A model generated the notes under the pieces. It saw only the letters and a list, made by a program, of their open reading frames with translations. It was not told where the DNA came from and made no database searches. A stretch of 11,156 bases of DNA from Octopus sinensis (Eukaryota): assembly GCF_006345805.1 (NCBI RefSeq), contig NW_021827087.1:1-11156 (forward strand), read 5' to 3'. The translations under genes were made by a program, and so were the position numbers. This document shows positions 1 through 8,556 of this stretch, piece after piece; positions within the stretch are counted from its first letter, which is position 1; each line of letters opens with the position of its first letter.

Positions 1-94
1 GTATTTCTTATTTCGATAGAGACCATAGTATACTCATAGTAAATCATCCGGCATATGAGTGCCGCTTAGGTACATGCATACATATATATATATG

Positions 95-303
95 TGACCT
101 CGTGAGTACCGCCGGCGATTTTTTTCCTCTGTCTTCCCTTCTCGGGATCTTTCCTTCTCCTATGTTTCCGACGAAGAGCTCCGCTCGAAACGTTAAACCC
201 TCCTTCTTCCCTTCTTTCCAGAGCGTCCAATAATACTTTATTTGTTCCACGTCCTCGCGTTGTTTGTTTTTTGGCTTTTTTGTGTTTTCTTGTTTGGATT
301 AAC
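95..303 (+). mobile_element. Probable Penelope-like element terminal-repeat (pLTR) remnant carrying a hammerhead motif
   Basis: Pyrimidine-rich ~200-bp non-coding block bracketed by (TA)n. It contains TTTCCGACGAAGAGCTCCGCTCGAAACGTTAAAC, the 'CTGAnGAAG...CGAAAC' type signature typical of Penelope-like element ends. No RT or GIY-YIG coding sequence is visible, so the family call is inferred and the boundaries are approximate. Confidence 0.5.
164..198 (+). ncRNA. Minimal type I hammerhead ribozyme motif (U4-to-C variant, loopless palindromic stem III)
   Basis: Stem I GTTT(164-167)/AAAC(195-198); core CCGACGA (168-174, canonical CUGANGA with U4>C); extra A175; stem II GAGC(176-179)-TCC-GCTC(183-186); GAAA 187-190; ACGT palindrome 190-193; predicted cleavage after T194. 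Confidence 0.65.
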
Positions 304-687
<384 letters not shown>

Positions 688-1087
688 ATGTATGTAATTA
701 TAGATTCAAGGATCTATGTGTAGTAAGGTTAGTAAGACAACTTTCAGGAACTATAATAGTCTATTGGCGTAGAATTTGTAGGGGTTTTTTCCCATATCGA
801 TGTTCGAGAAGCTGAAAAAGTTCCATGGGGTTAGCAACTAGTGTTGCTATGAATGCGAATAAAAACTGAAATTGAGGGAACGGAGCAAATAAAATGCCGG
901 CTACTTACGTTTCCTGGCTATATAAACCTGAGGCAGACAAGGGAGTATCACTTAGTGGTGTGTACTGCGATGTCACTAACTGTTTAGGTGGCAGTGTAAC
1001 CGCAAACAGACATAAACCACTTTGATCCATGGGAATATGGGAATTGCAAGCGCTGGGGTATGGGGGGTTGTCTTAACTCATGGCTTG

Positions 1088-1225
1088 GCACTTAATTTCA
1101 GCCGAGTAAACTGGATCACACGAAATAAAATGATGTAATCAAGGGCTCAACGCTAGACCCGGTTAAGAATCCACAGCTTTCATAATTGTGAGTCTAGCAT
1201 CTTAACCATTAGGCCACATGTCTTC
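1088..1225 (-). mobile_element. Old, diverged tRNA-derived SINE (5' part), same family as 6228-6558
   Basis: Minus strand: A box TGGCCTAATGG (1216-1206) and degenerate B box GGATTCTTAACC (1172-1161). These are followed by GCGTTGAGCCCTTG...TATTTCGTGTGATCCAGTTTACTCGGCTG, which aligns by eye with GCGTTGTGTCCTCG...TATTTCACGTTACTCCAGTCCACTCAGCTG of the 6.4-kb SINE. Confidence 0.6.
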
Positions 1226-1256
1226 AAACACACAATTAGTTAAACAGATAGCTAAG

Positions 1257-1354
<98 letters not shown>
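1257..1354. repeat. (TAGA/GATA)n tetranucleotide array at the 3' junction of Tx1 copy 1
   Basis: Perfect array of about 24 units. Confidence 0.98.
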
Positions 1355-1355
<1 letters not shown>

Positions 1356-2499
1356 CTTTTTATTGTGGCCACACAGGGCTAAACACAGAATAAAAATGGA
1401 CGAAATACAGTGTAGAGTTTTTTTCTTTTTGGGGTGGGATGGGTGGGACACAAAGAAAAAAAAACTTTCGATCAATAGGGATCTGTGGGTTGTGTGGTGT
1501 ATAAAAATATAATATATATATATATATAAATAAAGTTCACAGTTTAGGTGTAGCCCTGGAAAGAAAAACCTACAAAAAAGACCAGTTCGAAAATGAACAC
1601 ATGATAAGTCGCCTTACCTCTCGTTGTCTCTTTTGGTCACAGATTTACGCTTAAAATAGTGTTGTCTTTCATACTGACCATTTTTGCCACTTTTACCACT
1701 TTTATTAAAACATTCGTTCGACAAAGCCTTCCTCTCTATTCTCATCCTCCTTTTCAAGTGGTACTTGAAAAAGTTGACGAGAGACTGACCAGAGAGGAAG
1801 GTGGTTTTTTTGCAGTCCTTTCAAACGCGTCCACCACCACATTCTTTCGCCATAGCCATCAGCGTAACGAAAACCGTTTTCCCTCCCGTTTAAAGGAAGG
1901 TGGTGGAACAATATCACGATAGACTCGGCCGATAAGCGGACCCGTCCTACACGCGACAACAGCTGTTCGACGAAGGTCCACATCTCTGAAATATCTGGAC
2001 ACTGCACGAGTGCGTGCATAGAACGGTTTCGTCGCTCTGACCGCATTCGGGCAGGTCGGTCCGGTGATGGTTTTCGAACCGTGCCTGTAGCTCTTCTCTC
2101 GAATACGGTAGTGCGGTCTCGATAGCATTGCCAAGCCAGGGATTTCTGGAAGTTTATCCATAGGCCCCGGCCCGAACGTCGTCCTGAACAGGCGGGTTAG
2201 GAATTTCTCGTCGCCGCCCAGGTTTGCCCCGAGTGTGTCGTCGGACCTCCCCTCCACTAGTCCTCTATAAAACGCTTTAGTCGTTTGTAAGTTGCACAAG
2301 TTTGACTCCGGTCGGCAGAGCTGCTGTAGAGCTTGGCGACACTCTCGGTGCCAATCGCCCAGTTTCGGTCTCTTCCTGATCCACATTTGCAGTTCGGTCA
2401 GTGAGACGAACTGCGGGAAGGCGCGCCTCACAAACGGCGCCCACACCTGTTCACCGTCATCGATGAAGTTCCGGAGATGTCGCAGTCTCAGCGCATGCC
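1355..2499 (-). mobile_element. 5'-truncated Tx1/L1-clade non-LTR retrotransposon (copy 1): ORF2 C-terminus plus 3' UTR
   Basis: GC/CpG-rich coding-like segment whose frameshift-corrected translation shows the L1/Tx1 zf-RVT region (…FQKSLAWQCYR.ALP.REK.YRHG…TCP.CGQSDETV.HALVQCP…MWTFVEQ…WWTRLKG…RW). It is followed by a ~280-bp 3' UTR ending AATAAA-AAGT directly into (TATC)n. A (TA)n tract lies inside the UTR at ~1500-1530. Confidence 0.85.
1637..2499 (-). pseudogene. Frameshifted Tx1-like ORF2 C-terminal fragment with C-X2-C-X8-H-X4-C zinc knuckle (1999-2053)
   Basis: ORF-track entries 1859..2866(-) and 1705..2046(-) each hold parts of the reading frame. Roughly ten small indels must be bridged between ~1690 and ~2160 to reach the TGA at 1639-1637. 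Confidence 0.8.
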
Positions 2500-2511
2500 T
2501 AGATAGATAGG

Positions 2512-2608
<97 letters not shown>

Positions 2609-2622
2609 TGATTGATTGATTG
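2500..2622. repeat. (TAGA)n array grading into (GATT)n at the 5' junction of Tx1 copy 1
   Basis: TAGA units 2500 to ~2607 with one TAGG variant, then about four GATT units. Confidence 0.97.
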
Positions 2623-2659
2623 ACTGGTAGATAAAACATAGGTACGCCAATATAAATAT

Positions 2660-3120
2660 CTGTAAATGTGCATAGGTATAAAATATATGTGTGTGTGTGT
2701 GTGTTGTGTGTGTATGAACATGCATACATGCACACATACACATATACATATATACATTATGTATATATTTATACGTGTGTAAGCATACATATTTGCATAC
2801 AAATAAATTTACATATATGTATATATGTACAAACATGCAATTACATGTATATATATATTTATACATGTATGAATATGCATGTATTTATGTATTCACACAT
2901 ATACATTATATATATGTGTGTATATGCATACATATATATACATATATACAAACATGCAAGTACTTGTATTTATTCATATATACGCATGTTTATATGCATA
3001 TGCATACCTGTTTTTGTATGCGTATAGACATATGTATATGAGTATGTATATGTATGTGCACATGCAGTAATACATATATATTTGTGGGTGGGTGTGTATG
3101 TGTGTATGCGCGTGGTTGTG
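2660..3120. repeat. Degenerate (CA/TA/TG) low-complexity tract
   Basis: Purine-pyrimidine alternating sequence built of TATA, TACA, TGCA and TGTG words. Confidence 0.85.
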
Positions 3121-3122
3121 TG

Positions 3123-3277
3123 TATGTGTGTGTATGTGTGTGTGTGTGCAGGTGTGTGTATGTGTGTGTGTGTGCAGGTGTGTGTATGTGTGTGTGTGTG
3201 CAGGTGTGTGTATGTGTGTGTGTGTGCAGGTGTGTGTATGTGTGTGTGTGTGCAGGTGTGTGTATGTGTGTGTGTGT
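3123..3277 (+). repeat. 26-bp higher-order tandem repeat derived from (GT)n
   Basis: CAGG markers at 3149, 3175, 3201, 3227 and 3253 give an exact 26-bp period. Unit is CAGGTGTGTGTATGTGTGTGTGTGTG, with one variant unit at 3123-3148. Confidence 0.92.
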
Positions 3278-3554
3278 AAGAAGAGTTTGTGTGTGCTTGT
3301 TACTTACCATACCTCCTGATATTTACGTGTCGGTGATTATGCGGTGTATGTAGAGGCGTGTGAGTGCACGCACTCGCGTGTAGAAATAGCTATTTTTACT
3401 GTGACAAATATAGCATATAAGCTTCAGAAATATCACTAATTATTCCACAAACATTTCAAGATTTTAATGTAATAAACGTGAAATACTCGAGGACTTGTAT
3501 TTTTTCCGCGAAAGACATTTTTATTTCTTTGTAGCAGTTTGTTCAATTTCGTAC

Positions 3555-4025
3555 ATTTATGTATACTCCAATGTGTGAGTGTGTGCGTTCGTGCGTGTGT
3601 GTGTCTGTGTGTTTCTACCTATATATAATAAACATCTATAAACATATACATGAATGTTTATGCACTTAGCTATATACATGTATATGTATATGCGGAGAGA
3701 TATATGAGTATGTATATATGTATGTATGTCATTATTTAGTTTTATTTCAAGATTTCTTGCCAATAGAGAAAGAACCGGTTTCTAACCTAAATCCAAGGCT
3801 CCTTCATTCCAATTTCAACATCAACAGAGTATTTTTGTATGTATGTATATATGTATGACATTGTTCAGTTTTATTTCAAGATTTCTTATGTACGCCTGTA
3901 TGTATGTACCTATGTATGCAAGTACACACATAATGTATATGTGTGTGTGTGTGTGTGTGTGTATGCATACACACACATATATATATATATATATGCATTT
4001 ATAAATATATATAGAAGTATATATA
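3555..4025. repeat. Low-complexity (TATG/GT/TA) region with an embedded non-simple ~110-bp block (3725-3836)
   Basis: Alternating simple repeats. A 34-nt motif occurs twice (3725-3758 and 3854-3887). Confidence 0.7.
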
Positions 4026-4440
4026 GGCGCAGGAGTGGCTGTGTGGTAAGTAGCTTGCTAACCAACCTCATGGTTCCGGGTTCAGTCCCACTGCGTGGCA
4101 CCTTGGGCAAGTGTCTTCTGCTATAGCCCCGGGCCGACCAATGCCTTGTGAGTGGATTTGGTAGACGGAAACTGAAAGAAGCCCGCCTTATATATGTATA
4201 TATATATATGCGTGTGTGTGTGTTTGTGTTTCTGTGTTTGTCCCCCTAGCATTGCTTGACAACCGATGCTGGTGTGTTTACGTCCCCGTCACTTAGCGGT
4301 TCGGCAAAAAGAGACCGATAGATAAGTACTGGGCTTACAAAGAATAAGTCCCGGGTCGAATTTGTTCGACTAAAGGCGGTGCTCCAGCATGGCCGCAGTC
4401 AAATGACTGAAACAAGAAAAGAGTAAAAGAGTAAAGAGAG
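4026..4440 (+). mobile_element. Near full-length tRNA-derived SINE with internal microsatellite and (AAAGAGT)-type tail
   Basis: A box TGGCTGTGTGG (4036-4046), B box GGTTCAGTCCC (4079-4089), then CCTTGGGCAAGTGTCTT. Internal (TA)/(TG) tract at ~4190-4240, hairpin-rich 3' region, and tail AAAAGAGTAAAAGAGTAAAGAG. Confidence 0.85.
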
Positions 4441-4457
4441 TAATATATATATAGATA

Positions 4458-4769
4458 TGTTTCTTTATTAGCCACACAGGGCTGCACACAGATAGAACAA
4501 ATTACAAGGTAGAGCTTTTCTTTTGAAGGTTTAAAAAAAAAAAAAAAGGAAGGGGGAGTTTCGATCAAAAGGATCGAAAAGGAGAGAAAGAGGACAAAAA
4601 AAGGGGGGGTTAAAAAAAAAAAGGGGGAGAGGAAAAAAAAATTGATCAATAGGGATCGTTATCACAGAAATGTCAATATGAAGTGTAAAGGGGAGGACAG
4701 GTGAGGTTTACCCGTGGAAAGAAAAGCCTACGGAAAAGACCACAGTAACCTCGGTCTCAATGGAGTCAC

Positions 4770-4770
<1 letters not shown>
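4458..4770 (-). mobile_element. Tx1-like 3'-UTR-only fragment (copy 2)
   Basis: Shares TTTATT.GCCACACAGGGCT, GTAGAG.TTTT, TCGATCAA…GGATC and TGGAAAGAAAA.CCTAC..AAAAGACCA blocks, in the same order, with 1355-1585. Flanked by TAGATA (4452-4457) and a (TAGA)n array (4771 onward). Confidence 0.8.
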
Positions 4771-4806
<36 letters not shown>

Positions 4807-4834
4807 AGATAGATACATACATACATACATACAT
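4771..4834. repeat. Compound (GATA)n(CATA)n array
   Basis: GATA units to ~4815, then CATA units to 4834. Confidence 0.95.
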
Positions 4835-4837
4835 CAA

Positions 4838-4846
4838 ATATATATA

Positions 4847-4889
<43 letters not shown>

Positions 4890-5190
4890 GTGTGTTATTT
4901 ATAAATATATTTATATGTTATGTATAAATATTTATATATATTACGTATGTATATAATTATATATGTTGTGTTTATTTGTGTGTGTTTGTGTAAGTATACT
5001 TTAATACATTCAAACGTACGTACACACGTAGATGCATACATGCATTTGTACGTACATATATTTATATATATTCACATATGCATGTGTATGCATCGATACA
5101 GGTACATGCGTACACATTAATGCGTGCTTGCATGTGTGTGTTTGTGCGTATGTTTGTCTATCTGTGTCAGTGCACCTGTGTATTTATAAT
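4838..5190. repeat. (TA)n plus degenerate TA/TG/CA low-complexity tract
   Basis: TA run at ~4840-4890 followed by degenerate alternating purine-pyrimidine sequence. Confidence 0.8.
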
Positions 5191-5435
5191 GTAATGGAAG
5201 AAAATGCAAAATATGCATGGCTTTATAGTCGTAGTTCTTTTCCTTTACTGATGAGATTCAATAAGCAATCGAAACACGGTCGTTTCTGATGCGAAATGAT
5301 ATTGATTTTAATAGCTGAACTTCTTAGTGCATTTTTCATGTATATCATTGTGTCCATTTTATAATAGTTCTAAGTTACAGCACTGGGCACTGTGATTAAT
5401 GCAGAAAGCTGTAGCGAAAGTTATAAACATAGATA

Positions 5436-5715
5436 AATTTCTTTATTGGCCACACTGGGCTAAACACAGAGGGGCCAATTACAATGTAGAGATTTTCTTT
5501 TCGAGGGGGGAAAAAACAAAGGGAAAATAGTGGGGGGCAACGATCAAAATGGATCGAAATCGTTGGGGATATATGCAAAAAATGTCGAAATAGTACAAAA
5601 AGTTTCCAAGAAATGGGGAGGTTTATCTGTGGAAAGAAAAGCCTACAAAAAGACCACAGTAACCTCGGGCAACTACGTCACATATTAACATTTATTTACA
5701 AATAAGTAACTCTCA
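5436..5715 (-). mobile_element. Tx1-like 3'-UTR-only fragment (copy 3)
   Basis: TTTCTTTATTGGCCACACTGGGCTAAACACAGA, CGATCAAAATGGATCG and GTGGAAAGAAAAGCCTACAAAAAGACCACAGTAACCTCGG match copies 1 and 2. TAGATA at 5430-5435 and a GATA array from 5724. The 5' boundary is uncertain (5682-5723). Confidence 0.8.
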
Positions 5716-5723
5716 GACAGATC

Positions 5724-5870
<147 letters not shown>

Positions 5871-6227
5871 GAAATGTATATAATTCTCTTAGAAATCTAT
5901 AAACTGGAGAGTTCAAATGATGCACAAGAAAAGTTATGAAGGAATATTACAGAAACCATAAATTAATGCTTAAAGCAGAACTAAATGTCAAAGAAGGCAA
6001 TAAGCATCGATATTCTTGATGACTCAGTGAAACTATTTTAATGTTTTCGATTGGATGTGAAACGAACTAAAGAGAGTGAAAAAGAAAACAATGGCAGCAT
6101 TTAGAAAATACAACTAATACTACCAATGTTGGTTTTCAGGCATGACAGACTTTGGTTTTATATTCACTGATGAATATTCCAGTATTATGAAATGCTAAGA
6201 GAAAAGAGATTGTGATATAAACATATA

Positions 6228-6558
6228 TTGGCACGGCACTCCGTTGGTTACGACGGCGAGGGTTCCCGTTGATCCGATCCACGGAACAGCCTGCTCGTGA
6301 AATTGACATGCAAGTGGCTGAGCACTCCATAGACATGCATTCCCTTAACGTAGTCCTCGGGGAGATTCAGCGTGACACTGAGTGTGACAAGACTACTCCT
6401 TTTTTTAAAACACACGCATTACTAATTTTTGCCAGCTGAGTGGACTGGAGTAACGTGAAATAGTGTTTTTCTCGAGGACACAACGCGCCGCTGGGAGTCG
6501 ATCTCATGACCCTACGATCGCGAGCCAAATCCTCAATCTACTAAGCCACGCACCTACA
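6228..6558 (-). mobile_element. tRNA-derived SINE, near full length
   Basis: Minus strand: A box TGGCTTAGTAG (6548-6538), B-box-like GAGATCGACTCC (6505-6494), GCGTTGTGTCCTCGAGAAAAACAC, and a GC-rich body ending …GTCGTAACCAACGGAGTGCCGTGCCAA. Confidence 0.8.
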
Positions 6559-6703
6559 GTCATATAAACATAGATATGAAAAGATCACCAAATATTAAAG
6601 ACAACGCGGCTTAACTCTGGGATTTTGCCAATAAACAGAAACAAGATAATGTTATTCGCTTAAATATGTTTTGTCAAGGACCACCAGAAAAGAATTTGCC
6701 TCG

Positions 6704-7232
6704 TAATCGAAGCTTTGAGACTTTTCCTGGAGAGGCCTTCATTCATTTCCAAAAAGTACAAAACTCTGTCTTTCAAAGTAAGATTCTTTGACTTCAACCC
6801 TCTTGTTGTAGCATACCAGCCACTTCGTGAAGGCCGCATGGAAGTCTTCCAAAGTGAAGGGGCCCAGGATCCTTGTCACAGCTTTCATCTTCTCCTCTAT
6901 GTCTTCAAACTGACTGTCTCTCAAGTTCTGCTTCAGCGGGGTAACAACCAAAAATTACAGGAGCAAGGTCTGAATAGTACAGAGGGTGCGGGACAGTTTT
7001 GATGCCCATTTTAGTCAAGCAGTTCGTTACCAGGGTGGAATTATGACAATCGGTGTTTAGTATGGTGTGTTCAAACTGCTGTTGTAGCCGTCTCCTTCAA
7101 TCTGGAATAACAAAGGTTGACAGATCAGCTTATTAAGATGCATAGACAATGATATACTAAAATTACACTCAGCTGGAATAATTGTAACTGTCTCTCCTTA
7201 AAAGTCTCAAAACTTCTGGAATGCACCTCCTA
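6704..7232 (-). mobile_element. Internally deleted, non-autonomous mariner (Tc1/mariner) element with both TIR remnants
   Basis: Minus-strand translation HNSTLVTNCLTKMGIKTVPHPLYYSDLAP/(fs)…LKQNLRDSQFEDIEEKMKAVTRILGPFTLEDFHAAFTKWLVCYNKRVEVKESYFE matches a mariner transposase C-terminus (HPPYSPDLAP motif). TIR match: GAAGCTTTGAGACTTTT (6709-6725) versus the reverse complement of 7200-7216 is 16/17. The right TIR ends …GCACCTCC followed by TA (7231-7232). Confidence 0.85.
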
Positions 7233-7440
7233 TATGTCCCAACAGAGGATAACGATCTCTAAGAGAAATGAAGAAAATATCCAAATGTAAATATCTCGAA
7301 ATAGAGAACTGCGATGGTTGAGAAAAGAATCACGCCTACTATTTTAGGTGTTTGGAGAATCACCAATACTTGTATACAGGCAAATACATAAACAAAAACT
7401 CCAGGTACTGGCTACTTTGCCATATTACTTCACAACTGTT

Positions 7441-7695
7441 CGTCATCATTGTTCGACTGTGGCCAAGACAATGGAATTTACTGTTACACCAGACTTCACG
7501 GTCCATCATAGCATTATGGAGGTCCTGTTGCTGGATGCCTGTATCCCTGCAGATTACATCAGGGTAGGAGAGTGTGCGCCCTCTGGTATCGCGAGCAGAT
7601 GGCTTCCAGAGGAGAAGAGTAGAAATCACCTCGTTTTCAGCTCTACAGCAATGTCCAGCAAACTGGACCCTTCTACCTTTCACAAGAGATGATAC
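7441..7695 (-). mobile_element. RTE-clade LINE 3' terminal fragment
   Basis: Translation VSSLVKGRRVQFAGHCCRAENEVISTLLLWKPSARDTRGRTLSYPDVICRDTGIQQQDLHNAMMDREVW matches the RTE ORF C-terminal signature (RR..FAGH…LLW.P…RGR…D…A.DR..W). It ends in a short TGATGA tail at ~7441-7450. Confidence 0.8.
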
Positions 7696-8170
7696 CAGTT
7701 GCTCCAAGTCTATCTCCTGTGACATATCCTTCAAGAGATTCCTCATCCCATTTATGTTGAGCAAAGGGAGAGCTCATTCGATACATTTGTCATTGTAGAG
7801 ATCCTCTTCGCCTCATATTCACTGTAGAATTGGGAAGCCACGGTACTGGTGCAGTGTCCGTTTCCGGCATTCAGCCCGGTGCTCTACATTGGAAGTACTT
7901 TTTCGGTCGGTGCTATTGTAAGGATTTGGAATGTTCGAAGATTCTTGCCGACAGACTTGTACATCTCCTTCTCTACAAGCGATATAAGACTTTGACCCAC
8001 GATATTCTTCCTATGATTCTGTCAGTGGCCCCGCTTATGGTTGCCCCAGGCATAATCTCCTGGTTCTTCCTATTTCAACAAATGCTCATGAGGTTTTGCA
8101 GCTATTCTCGTATCTTTATTGTTCGCGGTGTTATTATTTGCGGTTTTATCAGAATTCTTGTTGCTGTTGC

Positions 8171-8556
8171 TGTTTGTTTGTTTGTTTGTTTGTTTGTTTG
8201 TTGAGCGAAGCGGTCTTCGTCCCAGTGCTCGCAGTAGGAGAAGTCCGAAACGTGGTCCTTTGCTATTCGTAAGACCCGCAGAAGAGAAAGCAGGTCAACC
8301 CCCCGACACCGAGAGCATCGACGGATGGATGAATGCGCATCCAGGCTCAGCGGTTGCGTAGGAAGTGAGGGACAAGAAACAGGAAGAAGGAGTGAGAGAA
8401 AGTTGGAGCGAAAGAGTACAACAGGGGTTGCCACCACCCCCTGCCGGAGCCTCGTGGAGATTTAGGTATTTTCGCTCAATAAACACACACAACGCCCGGT
8501 CTGGGAATCGAAACCGCGAGTCCGCTACCCTAACCACTGGGCCATTGCGTCTCCAC
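8171..8556 (-). mobile_element. tRNA-derived SINE with (CAAA)n tail and 14-bp target-site duplication
   Basis: A box TGGCCCAGTGG (8544-8534), B box GGTTTCGATTCC (8515-8504), terminal hairpin 8206-8219, and (TTTG)n tail on the plus strand at 8171-8202. TTGCTGTTGCTGTT is present at both 8161-8174 and 8557-8570. Confidence 0.85.

Noticed and set aside
915-1030. TATATAAA followed by a short open frame
   Set aside because: TATA-like words are ubiquitous in this AT-rich DNA. There is no start codon, recognisable domain or other promoter evidence.
1859-2866. 335-aa minus-strand ORF as a real gene
   Set aside because: The N-terminal part is CA/TA and TATC repeat. The rest is a truncated, frameshifted Tx1 ORF2 piece.
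4026-4095. SINE heads (also 1150-1225, 6490-6558, 8500-8556) as tRNA genes
   Set aside because: They have A/B boxes but no complete cloverleaf or acceptor stem, and each continues into SINE body sequence.
4765-5682. Shared GTCACA end of copies 2 and 3 as a defined 5' end of a non-autonomous element
   Set aside because: Copy 3 has about 35-40 further non-repeat bases before its GATA array that may be element sequence, so identical endpoints are not established.
7260-7435. Faint RT-like words on the plus strand (KYLEI…YYFR…LYTGKYIN), reminiscent of R4/Dong or RTE domains
   Set aside because: The similarity is too weak and needs a stop plus frameshifts. It cannot be supported without a profile search.
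8230-8260. Second hammerhead-like string GGA-GAAG-TCC-GAAAC-GTG-GTC on the plus strand
   Set aside because: The upstream core reads CGCAGTA instead of CUGANGA and no stem I can be formed. It is also antisense to the SINE.
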